This document shows positions 29,090 to 44,690 of a stretch of 64,000 nucleotides of DNA, one piece after another (the stretch's first letter is position 1; each line of letters opens with the position of its first letter). This DNA is from Eledone cirrhosa (lineage: Eukaryota): the NCBI GenBank assembly GCA_964016885.1, contig OZ024751.1:51708001-51772000 (forward strand), given 5' to 3'. The notes beneath the pieces are model-generated. The model saw only the letters and a list, made by a program, of their open reading frames with translations. It was not told the DNA's origin and did no database searches. The position numbers and the translations under genes are program-made.

Positions 29090-30840
29090 CTTACCTCTCT
29101 GCGTCCCGGGTATCGGGCTGCACAATTTCCATGAGGGTGGGGGATTGGTTGTTGGGTGGGGTGGTGGTTTGTGGAAGTGTAGGGGCATCAGTGTGTTGTG
29201 TGGTAGGGGTGTTTGGAGTTGTGTGGGTGTTTGGGGAGGGGGTGGGGTAATGTTTTAGGAGGACGCGGTTAATGGGCCCGACGCAGGGGGGGGGGGGGGG
29301 GCACGTCCTCTTTAAAGTTGTCTTTTAGAGTTTTATAATTGTCCACTGGGGCCTTATTCATTTTGAGGTGGGGGAAATCCCCTGCCTGGGTGAAGTTAGG
29401 CCCTTGGGTTTTTATTAAATTGTTGTTGTACACAATGTTTAACAGTTTTTTGTTTCTTGTGTTTATGTATGTGTATGCATGTTTTTGTTTTTGTGTGGTG
29501 TTTTTTGTTTGCTGTTGTTGTGTGCTCTTTTGTGTTGGTGTCAGTGTTATGTTTTGGGGAGGGGTTGTTTTCATTTGTGTGTCTGAGGTGTGTTTTGTTT
29601 TTTTTTTCTTTTGATTGTGTGGAAGTGCTCCTCCTCGTCTGACGACGAACGAGGGTCATCTTCCGCGTTGGAGGGGAGGGGTATATTTTCGGGTTGTGTT
29701 TGCGGTGCGGGTGTTTTGGGAATTGTTTTTTTTTTTAGTGGGGGGATGGGTTGGACATTGTTTTGTTTTGGTTTGAGCTGTGGTTGTTGTTTTTGTAGTG
29801 GTGGTTGTGGTGGTTGTGTTGGTTGTGCAGTTGTTGGTGGTGTAGGCAGGATTGGGGTTTTCTTATTAAGTTGGGGACAGACAGCCCTCAGGTGACCTCT
29901 GGTTCCACAGAGGTAACACGAGGGCCGCCTACCCTCAACGGTAATGTTGATGAAAGTTTGATCATCCAGTATGACGCGTTCAAGGATCTGGGCGATCCTT
30001 TCGGGCCTCATTTGAACTACAAGTTCGAGGCTCGTTCCACTGAACGCGTCACCCGATGCTTTTCCCATGGACTCCAGAGTGTCATCATCCAGGTTCAGGA
30101 AACCTGTCAAAACCCACCATATGTCCATAATCGGCAGGATGGTGTGGATTTTTATTTTTTGTGTCCTTCTACCCATGTACGTAGGGTAGAAGATGTATGC
30201 GGTGGATGTAATTGGTTTGATGGACAGTTTCACTGCTGTGTCCCTGTCCTTCATGAGAATGGATAGACTCCCGTAGAGTCTATCCTTCTGGATGAAAGTG
30301 ATGTCTTTCATGACGTCTTTTAAAACCAGCTCTATCTCACTCTGTGATGGTTGAGCTGGTTTTTTGCTTTTATTTGAGATTGTCCTAAACATGACAGTGT
30401 TTAGGAGTCTCTGGCTTTTTAGTTCCGGGGGGGGGGGTCGAAAATGCACCATTTTCCCCGTACATTATGTATTTTTTTGCCTCTGCCAGTAGCTCCTTCG
30501 CTTTGGTTATATCTACTGGCAGACAGTCGAGGGTTTTCCTTGCCGTCTGGGCGAAGGAGACCTTTTCCTTGTTTGTGTTGCTGTTGTAGTTGGTGTTGTT
30601 GTTATCATTGTTGTTGTTATCACAGTTATTGGTCTTGTTGTTGTTGTTATTGTTATTGGTGTTGTTTTCGTCCGTAGCATTGTTGTTTGGCAACGTCAGG
30701 TTGTCGGTCAGCAGGTGGAGAAAATCCTTCCTCTGGCTGACCTTTGTCTTTAACCTCTGCTACTGTGACAGTGGCAGGGGAAGCTGTAAGCTTATCTTCC
30801 CCTTTCCTCCTTCGAATTTTGGTGAAGAAGCTTCAGCCAT
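29090..30840 (-). pseudogene. LINE ORF1 with CCHC zinc knuckle, frameshifted
   Basis: CYLCGTRGHLRAVC; Asn-rich N-terminus; Pro/Gln/Thr-rich C-terminus; split over several ORFs. Boundaries approximate. Confidence 0.8.
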
Positions 30841-31446
30841 TTTTAAAAAATGTTAACTTTTCAACAAAAAAAAATTTTTGTTTAACTATTTCGCCTAAAG
30901 GCGTAGAATATTTTGAGAGACTGACCAGATCAAAATTTGACCTGGCAGTCCCTCTACAAAATGGTACAAAAATTAAAGTTTACAAACAGGAATTTCTATA
31001 GAAATTTAAACAGAACTTACTCAGCAAGTTACCCGCGTGTGTCCATCCCAGAGATAGATAGATAGATAGATAGATAGATAGGTCGAAATACAAATGAGAT
31101 AGGATGTTGATAAAAACACTAATGACAAAAAGAAAACAATTGTGAACACACCAGCAACAACAACAACAACAACAATAACAACAATATATATATAATGATA
31201 GCAACAGTTTGGGATTGTGGTATAATGGTAAATCTATGAACAACGGAATAATAAGGTCGTTAGAATTGTAGAATAACGACAGGAAGAACGTAAAATTACT
31301 AAAGAATCGATGGCTGAATAAAAATGATTGAGGAAATAATTACTGAAAGCATGATTGTTATATAGGCAAACAGGTGTCTCTCTTTCTCCCTCTCTACGAA
31401 CATCTTTGTTTTTATATGTAACTTTGTTACTATAGCCCCCACACCG

Positions 31447-31477
<31 letters not shown>

Positions 31478-31737
31478 CACAGAGAGAGAGACACACGCAC
31501 ACACACATATATATATATATATATAGTATCAGCAAACAATGCACACAGAATAACAGTTATATAAGCTGAATAGGCAACTGCATCTGTACCTCGTCAGCCA
31601 CATTGCTGGCGTGCAATTTCGCACATTATATACAAGTGTAATTGTATGTATGTGTGTATGTGTATGTGTGTGTGCGTGTGTATGGGTGTGGGGGTGCGTG
31701 TGTGTGTGCGTGTGTGCGCATGTTTGTGTGTGTTTGC

Positions 31738-31819
<82 letters not shown>

Positions 31820-31909
31820 CGGGATTTGAACTCAGATCATAAAGGAACGTAACTATGCTGGAAAGCATGGTGTCCGACTCTCTACCAATACGGCCAATCC
31901 ACCAATACT

Positions 31910-32790
31910 TGCCAGCCATACAGCTAACAAACCAACCAACCAGCCAACCAACCAGCCATACAGCTAACCAACCAACCAACCAACCAACCAGCCATACAGC
32001 TAACCAACCAACCAATCAACCATACAGTTAACCATCCAACCAGCCAACCAACCAGCCATACAGCTAACTAACCAACCAACCAACCAACCATACAGTTAAC
32101 CAACCAACCAACTAACCAGCCATACAGCTAACCAACCAACCAACCATACAGTTAACCAACCAACCAGCCAACCAACCAGCCATACAGCTAACCAACCAGC
32201 CAACCAACCAGCCATACAGCTAACCAACCAACCAACCATACAGTTAACCAACCAACCAGCCAACCAACCTGCCATACAGCTAACTATCCAACCAACCAAC
32301 CAACCAGCTAACCAGCCAACCAGCCAACCAACCAACCAACCAGCCAACCAACCAGCCAACCAACCAACCAACCAACCAACCAACCAACCAACCAACCAGC
32401 CAACCAACCAACCAGCCAACCAACCAACCAACCAAACAGCCAACCAACCAACCAGCCAGCCAACCAACCAGCCAACCAACCAACCAACCAGCCAACCAAC
32501 CAACCAACCAACCAACCAGCCATACAGCTAACCAACCAACCAACCATACAGCTAACCAACCATCCAACCAACCAACCAGCCAACCAGCCAACCAACCAAC
32601 CAACCAACCAGCCAACCAACCAGCCAACCAACCAACCAACCAACCAACCAACCAGCCAACCAACCAACCAATCAACCAGCCAACCAACCAACCAACCAAC
32701 CAACCAGCCAGCCAACCAACCAGCCAACCAACCAACAAACCAACCAGCCAGCCAACAAGCCAGCCAACGAATAAACCAATCAGCCAGCAG
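31910..32790. repeat. (AACC/AGCC)n repeat with AGCCATACAGCT inserts
   Basis: Same motif as 24080-25250. Preceded by a SINE fragment at ~31818-31900. Confidence 0.92.
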
Positions 32791-32880
32791 TAGCTATCTT
32801 CTTCCTATGCCCAAAGGTGCACCGGTCTGATGATTTTAATGTTACATATATCACAGTTTTGACAGCCCCCAGCTCAAACA

Positions 32881-32931
<51 letters not shown>

Positions 32932-33178
32932 GTATCAGTGACTGACCAACTCCACCACTCTACTACTCCACTGCTACACCACCCTATCATCCTCCTGCAC
33001 CAAATATTCTCCTAAATCGACAACAGAAATATAACCAGCCTGCCCCTCTAGTCACACACCCACGCATACACACACACACACACACATACATACATACATA
33101 CATACATGCATAAACACACATGTACAAAGATATATGGATGTGTAATACTTTATATATATACACATATATATATATACT

Positions 33179-33221
<43 letters not shown>

Positions 33222-33469
33222 GAGTTGGTGGGTGTGGGTGTGGTGCACGCGCGCGTGTGTGTGTATGTGTGTTTGCACCCATGTGTGTGTGTCGTGTGTG
33301 TGTGTGAGTGTATGTGTTTGCGCCCATGTGCGTGCATGTGTGTGTGTGTATGAGGGATGCACTGATAAGCCGATTACTGATTAGGAATTGTTTGTTTTAT
33401 GAGGAGTTGCTACAACTCTTGCGTTATTAGATCAATCTAAGGGTCATGCATTGGCAGTAATCGATAGAG

Positions 33470-33650
33470 CTTTGTGGTATAGAGTTACGTCCCTTTCCGT
33501 TCTGAGTTCAAACCCGGCTGACGTTAGTTATACCTTTCATTCTTACAGGGTCGATAAATAAGGTACCAGTAACGCACAGTGCTCGATTTAATCGACCCCC
33601 CCCCCCCCCCAGTATTGCTGTCCCTGTGCCTCAATCAGAAACCGTTATTG
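33470..33650 (+). mobile_element. SINE fragment
   Basis: TTCTGAGTTCAAACCC (B-box-like), CCTTTCATTC..GGGTCGATAAATAAGGTACCAGT..GATTTAATCGAC. Confidence 0.65.
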
Positions 33651-33835
33651 GATTAATCCTATAACGTACAGCAAACAGGTCATAAATATTAACAATATTT
33701 AATATATCTTATATTTAACGTTGCGAGAGACTACTCTGTATTGTTATGGTACGAGTTAACTCCCCTGGAAAGTTTATATTTTCTTTAATTTCTGTTATCA
33801 AAGAGAAAAGAGAAAAGAGAAAATATGCAAGTGTC

Positions 33836-34035
33836 TTTTGTGGTTATGAAAATGAAAAGGAACGGGTGGGGTGACTGTAGCAGCGTGAGTCTCTGTCCAT
33901 TTTCCACGGGGCGCAGCCCCAGTACCACCGTGCCCTAGGCCTACAGCCCAACGCCCTCCCCCTTCCCCCTCCCATTCCTCTGTAACCTTAGAGTCCTTGC
34001 CTTACCCTTCCTTTTCCGTTTTCATAACCACAAAA
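33836..34035. mobile_element. Small element with terminal inverted repeats
   Basis: TTTTGTGGTTATGAAAATGAAAAGG / CCTTTTCCGTTTTCATAACCACAAAA. Confidence 0.5.
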
Positions 34036-34283
34036 CAGAAAATTACATTCGTAAATCTATATTACTTACAAAAAGGAAGTTTGTTTGTTTCTACATTAAC
34101 AGTTAATAACGCTAAATAAAATTGGTAATAAGTAAGGTTTTTGCTGTTTTCAACTAATCTAACCACCATCGACCTTTTCCACGAAAACGGAATGGAGGGA
34201 GGGGCACGAAGTCGGGATATTTAACTGCTCTTTCTAGCAAAGTGACTTTGTGACAGGTACTCTTGCTGGTTGCATTCATATAG

Positions 34284-34357
<74 letters not shown>

Positions 34358-34510
34358 TCTTTTTTTTTTAAGCTTGTTGTATCCCAACAAATTAAATATA
34401 ACCTCTGCATATATATATATATATATATGCAGAGGTTATATAGCGAACTCCAACCGTTAAGGTTGTCTTTTTTTCCGGGTATGTCAATATTTATTTATAA
34501 AACAAATCTG

Positions 34511-34576
34511 TATTTTAACTGATGAAAGCGCACCATAATTTGCCTTGGTTGCCCTTGAAATATATATAATAAAATA
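34511..34576 (+). ncRNA. Type-I hammerhead ribozyme (relative of 44691 family)
   Basis: TATTTTAA-CTGATGA-AAGCGCACC..GGTTGCCCTT-GAAA-TATATA-TA-ATAAAATA, followed by the family 3' tail to ~34710. Confidence 0.78.
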
Positions 34577-34706
34577 ATTATGGTTTTATAAATATAGTTT
34601 CCATTTATTAATATATTGTGTATTTACTCCAATAATCAGTTCAGTGCTTTATATCAGTTATAAAATATTTAAGCTTGTTGAATCCCAACAAATTAAATAT
34701 AACCTC

Positions 34707-34787
<81 letters not shown>

Positions 34788-34789
<2 letters not shown>

Positions 34790-37700
34790 AAATATATTTA
34801 AGTCGTTTGGAAGCCTCGACAATGCAAATGGGTAAATCTCCGGGTAACAAGATCCGGTGGTGGAGAGAGAGATGTAAGTGGGTGTACGTTGAGATGCGTG
34901 GTGTGTATAAGATGTTTGTTTGAATATCTGAGGTATTCGGCAGAGCGTGCGTGCGCGTGAAATGGGGTCGGTCGAGCAGAGGTCAGCGGCCGAATGAGGG
35001 AGTGGGAAGGCGCTAGCTGTCAGTCCATTCTCTGCCTGTTTGTTAAATGTTACTGTGTGTGTGTGTGTGCGTGTGTTGTTGTCTCACTTGAGTGTGTGTG
35101 TGTGTGCGTGTGTTGTTGCCTTGTTCCTCTGTATTGGCAGTGTAGTATGTTCGTATGGTGGAATGCTACTGTGTGTGTGTGCGTGTGTGTAGCTGTCTCG
35201 TTTGTGTGTGTGTGTGCGTGTGTTGTGTTTTGCTGCATCGTTTGTTAACTTAAACCAGCCATCTCATTTCGCTTCTCTCTGATCGGTTGTTTATTTGCGG
35301 TGCAAGGCGTTTGATAAAAAGCGCTTCCTTGATACGTAACGTGCCGACGTTTCTTTCAGTCGCTAGATTTGTGACAATGGGCCTTCCGTCTTTGTTTCTG
35401 CATTTGTCTATGTGTTTCCGGAAAGACGAGGCCCTGGTTTTAGTGTGTTCCTTGATCCGGATGTGCAAAGGTCGGATTGTTCTACCTATGTAGTATTGGT
35501 TGCACCTGTCACATTCTATCTTATACACGACGTATGTGCGTAGGCAACAGTTCGCATGGCGTATCGGGCAGTCTCTGAGGGAGCATGCGTCAGTAGATTT
35601 TTCGGGTTTCCTGGAGAGGCATCTTCGCAGAGAGGGGCCCGAGTGGCCCAGGTGGATGTCGAGGCCCTCCCTCCGTATAGCCTTGCGAATAGCGTTGGTG
35701 GTATTCTCGCCCAGGTGTGGCATTTTAAGGAAGCACTTGCCTTGGGTGCCTCTCTGTCTCTTGCGTCTGGTGTCTCCTATTCTGTCTGTGATCGAGGTAG
35801 GGTACCCGTTCGTCTCCAGCACCTCGAGGAATCGCTTGGTATGAGTGACACCACTCGCGGGATCGCTGCATCTGTTTTTGATTCGCGCGATCTCGTTCGT
35901 GATGTATCCTCTCTTGACACTGTTAGGGAGGGCGGACTTGTAGTGAACGAACAGGTCCCTGCAGGCTGCCTTTCGGTAGAAGTTGCAGTGGATCCTTCCC
36001 TGTGCCGTGATGTTGATTCGGAAGTCGAGGAGGGCAAGTGACCCGTCTTCGTTGGGGTGTTCAACACTGAAGTCAATGTTCTCGTCCGTGTTGTTGAACG
36101 TCTCATAGATTCTGTTCGCCGTGTCTTGGGAAGATGTGAGGATGAGGATATCGTCCACGTACCTTGAGAAAAAGGCTACGGCGTTGGGGTGGCAGGCGTT
36201 GAGTGCCTTGCGTTCGGGGTTGTCCATGTAAGAGATCGCTAGCACACCTGATAGGCTTGATCCCATGGGCAATCCCGAGGTTTGTTGGTATGTTTGGTCA
36301 AGGAATCCGAAGTAGGTGTTGTCGATGACGATGGATAGGAGTTGGTGGATGTCAGTGGTGGTGAGCCCGAAGCAGTGTAGGTCGGTGGATTGGACGCGTT
36401 CCATCAGTATATTGACAGCCGGGAGTGCCGGGACCGAGGTGTAGAGAGCGACTACATCAAGGCTGAAGGCATATCTGTTATTCCTTCTGGTGTCGGGGTC
36501 CATTTGATGCAGGCGCTTCAACACCTCCTCGGAGCTGTTAACGTGTCCCGGCAAGGTGTCTAAGATGGGTTTGAGTATTCTGGCTAGGAGCCATGAAATT
36601 TTGTAGAGTGGTCCCTCCACGCTCGATACGATGGGCCTGATCTTCAGGTCGGGTCCTTGTTTGTGTGTTTTCACGAGGTGGTAGAAGGCGGGTAGTCTGC
36701 TGTTCCTCGTGAGGAGGTTGTATCTCAGCTTCTTCGGGAGCTTCCGCCGGTCGCAGATGTTGGTCCAGGCGGCGTTGATGTGCTCTTCTATCTGCGCGGG
36801 AGTGATTCCCGTGACCTTGGAGTAGAGGTTGTCATCGTCAAGGTGTTGGAGGGCCAGGGTGTTGTAGGCCATTCTTTTCCCTTGTCGGAGGGGAGATAGA
36901 TGAGGTTCTTCGATTTTAGGTTGGAGAGAGTGGTGAGTTGAGATTTGGTGAGGTTATGTGTTGTGCGTGTGTGTGTGTGTTTGTGAAGTATATCCGAGAT
37001 GGAGTGTTTTAGCCTGATGAGTTTAGTGTCGAGTTCGTGGTTGGTGGGTGGGGGGTGGAGTGGGTTGTCGGGGTGGTAAGTGGGGAACTTGGGGTGGGTT
37101 GCGTGGGCGCTGTTATTTTCTGTGGCGCTGTTGATGGCGGTCACCTATTTAAGTTGGTAAGCGGCTCGAGAAAAGTTGGCCTCGATGTTGAGTTTGAGTC
37201 TGTCGTCGAGACGTTGTGAGACGATAAACTTAGGTCCGAGGTGTAGGAGTTTCAGCTCGTCGCTCGTGAGAGTGCCGGTTAGGTCGGTGACCAGGTGCGT
37301 CACATCGTTGAGGTATGGCTCGGTGTTGGTGGTTGCGGCGGTGGCGGTTGTTGAGTTGTTGTTTCCCACGTGATTCTGGTCTGTCTGTTCGTTAGTGTCG
37401 ATGTTATCGTTGTGGCGTTTCGACAAGATCCACTCATATTTTCGCTTGAGCCGTTTTTTCTCGTATTGGACTCTGGAGTGGTAGCACTGGTCGATTGCTT
37501 TAGTGATTTTCAGGAGCAAGTCTCCTGGTGCTATTGGTAGTCGATGTGTCCGCTCTGAGAGTGTCCGCTTATGGACGTGTAATTGGCGGTTGAGATGTCT
37601 CAGGATCTGTTTAATACACGTGCGATGTATGCGGTTAGTGGTGTTTTGGAAAGCTGGTGTACGTAGGCTTACTGGTAAGCGGATGTTCCTGATGGTGTTG

Positions 37701-38560
37701 GGGATGACATCGTTTTTTAGGCAGCGTTTCAGGAAAATAATTTGACAGCCAGCGTTGGCCCATTTCTCCGACAGTCTAAACAGTTCCCTTACGGATGCAA
37801 ACAATTCCTGGCTCAGGTGTAAGGATAAGAGAGTATTGAAGTTTGCTTGAAGCATTGTGGAATAATAAGTAAATATCTTTAAGTCGTTTGGAAGCCTCGA
37901 CAATGCAAATGGGTAAATCTCCGGGTAACAAAATCCGGTGGTGGAGAGAGAGATGTAAGTGGGTGTACGTTGAGATGCGTGGTGTGTATAAGATGTGTGA
38001 GATGTGTAGAATGTAGGGAAGAGTATAAAGGATAAAATTAAAATAACAACACAAGAGAGAGTTACCTTGGGAGAGATTTAATAGTCCCTATATATTTCGG
38101 ATTCACATCCATCAACTGGCGGTTTTTTCCGGGGTGGGGGAAAAGGTTGTCTGTCGGACAGGTGCGGAACGCGTCCTCCGCTGTTTGTTGTTTTTTGTTT
38201 TGTTGTTTTGAATATCTGAGGTATTTGGTAGAGCGCGCGTGCGATGAAATGGGGTCGGTCGGGCAGAGGTCAGCGGCCGAATGAGGGAGTGGGAAGGCGC
38301 TAGCTGTCAGTCCATTCTCTGCCTGTTTGTTAAATGTTACTGTGTGTGTGTGTGCGTGTGTTATTGTCTCGCTTGAGTGTGTGTGTGTGTGCGTGTGTTG
38401 TTGCCTTGTTCCTCTGTATTGGCAGTGTAGTATGTTCGTATGGTGTGTGTGTGCGTGTGTGTATGTAGTTGTCTCGTTTGTGTGTGTGTGTGTGTGTGCG
38501 TGTGTTGTGTTTTGCTGCATCGTTTGTTAACTTAAACCAGCCATCTCATTTCGCTTCTCT
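34788..38560 (-). mobile_element. Penelope-like element (GIY-YIG PLE) with partial tandem terminal repeats
   Basis: Direct repeats 34788-35279 and 37869-38560; the left copy lacks ~200 bp internally. The upstream copy begins with the last codons of the ORF, as in Penelope pseudo-LTRs. Confidence 0.93.
35250..37903 (-). pseudogene. PLE RT-GIY-YIG polyprotein with one in-frame TAG (37145-37147) and one frameshift (~36875)
   Basis: FLKRCLKNDVIP; PSDKG; KTHK..IRPIVS; SLDVVALYTSV; GLPMGSSLS; RYVDDIL; FLDF-like LLDF; YRK; VVYKIECDRCNQYYIGRT..RIKEH. Confidence 0.92.
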
Positions 38561-39475
38561 AATTTAATTTTAATTATATCTCATATAAAATAATACAACT
38601 GGCTTTCCACAAAATACATATAGTTAGCACCCCAAACACTAAATTGGGATTATACTAACGTATATCCTAATGTTTGTTGAGTGAGATGGTTACCAGTCGG
38701 AGTTTAGCTTAAAGCTTTCTCTGTTATTGTATTAAATATTTTACTCTTGATTTGGCCAGAGATTTATATTTCCAGATGCCTTATAAACGTAACTTTCCGT
38801 ATTTATTAGTTATGAAATATTGTTTGTTATTTAGGTATCACTTCTCTGTTTTTAGCCTAAGAAAATATCTATATGCGTGTGTAATTAATACATGCATACA
38901 TTTATTTTTTTTAAATTAATTGACTTCTTAACACGCAGGATTGATAATGTTTTTGAAAAAACTAATTAACCCACGTGTATATTATTTTACTTTTCCTGTG
39001 ACTCGCGATTGTCTCCCTTTTCCGCTTCGTGACGCTATGATATTTCCTCAGTCTAAAGACTGCTGGAATTTCAAATTTGGCGGTCATTCGATGCGTGAAG
39101 GGATGACTTAGCGGACACAAAAAATAACTGCGGTAAGAAATGTTTTCTTATATCAAAGTTTAATGGGCATCCACTGATGATTTATAAGTGCCCACCTACA
39201 TATATTCTTACAGGAAAATATGTTAGGCTTCTACATAAACTGGAAACATTCTCCCAACTTGTAGAAAACTTATAATGAAACAATTGTTTGGAAAGAGAGA
39301 TATATTTTAATTTTAATTATATCTCATATAAAATAATACAACTGGCTTTCCACAAAATACTTATAGTTAGCACCCCAAACACTAAATTGGGATTATACTA
39401 ACGTATACCCTAATGTTTGTTGAGTGAGATGGTTACCAGTCGGAGTTTAGCTTAAAGCTTTCTCTGTTATTGTAT

Positions 39476-39482
<7 letters not shown>
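38561..39482. repeat. Unclassified element with ~175-bp direct terminal repeats
   Basis: 38563-38739 recurs almost exactly at 39306-39482. Confidence 0.75.
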
Positions 39483-41385
<1,903 letters not shown>

Positions 41386-41403
41386 GTTGAAGCATCTTGT
41401 ATA

Positions 41404-43134
41404 ATGCATGAGTTGGAAATTGAGAACAGAACACAACCTTTCGTGCCCAGGAAACCGAAGATCAATATGAAGGACCACAAGAGCAATTTTGAAAATGACC
41501 TGCCAGTGAGATTGATCGCACCTTCAAAATCGGACCTGGGAAAATTAAGTAAAAGCATTCTTGACAGGGTGATACTGCAAATTAAGGACTTGGATTGTGT
41601 ATCTAACCTGAGCTTGTGGAAGGGAACTGGAGAGGTTGTTGAGTGGTTTAGGCAAATTAAATATGACAATAATAATAGGTTTATTCAACTTGATATAGCT
41701 AACTATTATTCTTCTATTACCCCTAGTCTACTAAATAGGGCACTAAATTACGCATTCAAACATACGGACCTAACTAGCAAAGAAATGCATATTATATTAT
41801 CGGCTAGGAAAACTCTGATAGAATTTAATGACAAATTATGGACTAGAGCAGATAGAGATAGCAATTTTGACATAGCTATGGGATCTTCCGACTCAGCTCA
41901 GGTAACTGACCTTGTGGGCTTATTTTTAATCAATTCGCTACATAGGAAAATACCTGGTACTACCGGAGGTTTATATAGGGATGACATGCTTTTACTTATT
42001 AATAATAATAACCCTGAACTAAATAGAAAATGTAAACAAATTACAAAATTTTTTAATTACTTTAACCTTAAAATAGAAATTGAGAACAACCATAGAATAG
42101 TCAATTTCCTAGATATAACATTAAATCTCAACACATGTCTCCACTATCCTTTTCACAAGTTGAATGAAAACTTAAACTATGTCAACTTTAACTCTAACCA
42201 CCCCAGATCTGTCAAAAACACTATAGTAAACTCAGTCCAAAAACGTATCTCTAGGATCTCGTCGAATAGAAAGATTTTTGACGAAAAGGCCCAATACTAT
42301 AATGATGCACTAGCTAGGGCAGGGTATGCTGATAAGATTGTATACATAGATAATGATAGACAAACTAAACAAAGTAACAACTTTTTTAATTACGGCAACA
42401 ACATTAACAACTATAATAGAAAGCATTACAATAATTCCAAAGGACAAAAAAGAAATAGAACTAGGAACATAATTTGGTTTGCCCCCCCTTTCTCACTAAA
42501 CATTAAAACCCACATCGCTAAATTATTTTTCAAAGCTCTTGATAATCGCTTCCCTAGAACACATAGGTATCACTCAATCTTCAATAGGCATACAATTAAA
42601 TTAACCTACTCATCCACCAAAAATTTAGCACAAAATATTAATAGAATAAATAATAGGAACTTAAAACCTACTGATAATAGCATAAATAATATACAAGTTA
42701 ACAAATGTAACTGTAGAGATAGATCTAAATGTCCGTTAAATAACAACTGCTTAGTTAAAAATATAGTATACAATTGTAATGTTAATACTGACTCTAATTC
42801 TTTTAACTACGTCGGTTCCACATCGACGGAATTTAAACTTCGCTATAATAACCACAAGAATTCTTTCACAGATCCAAATAAAAAATCTTCAACGGCACTA
42901 TCAGGGGTACTCTGGCAACTTAAGCTAGATAACGTTAGATATTCGACGGCTTGGAATATAGTCTCAAGAGGGATTCCTTTTAATTCATCCTCTGAGACAT
43001 GTGACCTCTGCGCAGAGGAGATATTCTTTATACTAAAATCTAAAAACTCCCTTAACCTACGGACAAATTTATTCAGTTGTTGCAAACATAGATTAAACTC
43101 AACGTTTAAATATAAATTTAAATTTAAAATGTAG
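41404..43134 (+). CDS. 5'-truncated but uninterrupted Naiad-like PLE RT-GIY-YIG ORF
   Basis: KDHKSNF..RLIAPSKSDLG; FIQLDIANYYSSI; AMGSSDSAQVTDLVG; GLYRDDML; FLDITL; SNHP; CNCRDRSKCPLNNNC; IVYNC..YVGST..FKLRY; C-terminal CDLC..E..CKH. Begins directly after (TA)n. The element extends to ~44886. Confidence 0.9.
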   Translation: MHELEIENRTQPFVPRKPKINMKDHKSNFENDLPVRLIAPSKSDLGKLSKSILDRVILQIKDLDCVSNLSLWKGTGEVVEWFRQIKYDNNNRFIQLDIANYYSSITPSLLNRALNYAFKHTDLTSKEMHIILSARKTLIEFNDKLWTRADRDSNFDIAMGSSDSAQVTDLVGLFLINSLHRKIPGTTGGLYRDDMLLLINNNNPELNRKCKQITKFFNYFNLKIEIENNHRIVNFLDITLNLNTCLHYPFHKLNENLNYVNFNSNHPRSVKNTIVNSVQKRISRISSNRKIFDEKAQYYNDALARAGYADKIVYIDNDRQTKQSNNFFNYGNNINNYNRKHYNNSKGQKRNRTRNIIWFAPPFSLNIKTHIAKLFFKALDNRFPRTHRYHSIFNRHTIKLTYSSTKNLAQNINRINNRNLKPTDNSINNIQVNKCNCRDRSKCPLNNNCLVKNIVYNCNVNTDSNSFNYVGSTSTEFKLRYNNHKNSFTDPNKKSSTALSGVLWQLKLDNVRYSTAWNIVSRGIPFNSSSETCDLCAEEIFFILKSKNSLNLRTNLFSCCKHRLNSTFKYKFKFKM

Positions 43135-44690
43135 TATATTTAGTTTGATTTATATTTATATGAGAACTAGCCGATAAATCTTTTGATTCCTAAATCTTTG
43201 ATTCCCTCGTTTTACTCTTTTTATTGTTTATTTTATTTTATTTATTTTTATTTTTATTTTTATTTTTATTTTTATTTTTATTTTTATCTAAACATTCCTC
43301 ATGAAAAATTAAGCTACCCTAAAAGCCGATGCTCCAAATTTTTTGAATTAACCTTACACTAGATAAACTTCTATATTAAACATAGGAACATATGTAGACA
43401 TTATTGGACATCATAATCTTTTTACGATATTCTTTGCTAGATGTGATTTGATAGATAATTTTTGGCTTTGTCTTGTAGTGAACTTGGCAATATATTGTCA
43501 ATTAACTTTGAAGGGTTGTTTTTTGTGGTTTATTTTTATTTTCATTTTTATTTTTATTTTTATTTTTATTTTTATTTTTACTTTTATTCTTTTAGTATTG
43601 TAGTATTCTATAATATTTTTATTTTTATTTTATTTTTTTAATATTTTTATATATTTTTATATGTAAATTTTTATATGTAAATTTTTATATGTATATTTTT
43701 ATATGTAAATTTTTATATGTAAATCTTTAATACGTAATATTTTTTAATACGTAGTATTTTTAATATGCAATATTTTTATTATGTAATATTCTTTCGTAAT
43801 ATTTTTTTAGTTTTCTATTCTATATTTTTATATATTTTTACTTATTATTATTATTATTGTTATCTTTGTTTATAATATAATATATATTTTCGATTAGTAT
43901 ATTGAAATCTGCTCTCTATTTCTGCTTGATAGATAATCTTGTAGAGTAATCGCAAGAATAATAATACGCTCAAATTTTTATACCACATTGAGAATGTTTT
44001 CCGATAACTTAGAGTTTGCGGAGTGAATCAGTTGGATTCACATTGAGATTTGTAGCTGTCACATAGACATATGAATTTTTAAAACTAAACATAAGATAAT
44101 GAATTTTCACACATTGTGAATACTTGTTTCATTCAGGAATACTGATATTTACAATGTAGTGTAAGTTTTATAAATACTAATACATTAAAACATAGGGTTT
44201 TCTACGCCTCGAATATGTCTGGATATTTTTAAATTTTTTTTTTTTTTTTCTCTATATATCTCTCTATATCTCTCTATATATCTCCCTTACATTAATACTT
44301 GAGCTAAATAAATAAATAAATAAATAAATAAATGTATCATTGATACACTTACTCAAAATGACCTCCCACTACCTAATTTTCTATATATATATATGTATCT
44401 ATCTCTATTTCCTCTCTCTATATATATATATATATCTTTCTGTCTCTTTGCATGAAGCTCTTCACTTTATCTATTTTCCATCTCTCTATTTTGTTCCATG
44501 CATTTCTTCTTTTTCTTTTTCTTCTTTTTCTTCCTTTTCTTCGTTTTGTCTTTCTTTCTTTCGTTTTTCCCTCTTTTCTTTCTCTCTTTCTTTCTCTCTG
44601 TATTTTCACTGCTAGCGTAAACCTCTTCAAATGAAGGTGATGTTTATTACGGTATGTCGAATATATTTATCTATAAAACTGTTTATATTG

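Larger units (their letters stand above)
25363..31084 (-). mobile_element. Full-length Tx1/L1-clade LINE (~5.7 kb), inactivated, with 17-bp TSD GAAATACAAATGAGATA
   Basis: TSD copies at 25346-25362 and 31085-31101. Two-ORF layout. A-rich 3' end. (CTAT)n at the 5' end. Confidence 0.93.

Noticed and set aside
38075-38125. Hammerhead in the YVDD PLE repeat (minus strand)
   Set aside because: Stem II and GAAA are present, but there is no CUGANGA core or matching stem I.
39165-39232. Hammerhead at CTGATGA 39174
   Set aside because: A downstream GAAA exists, but stem I does not pair convincingly.
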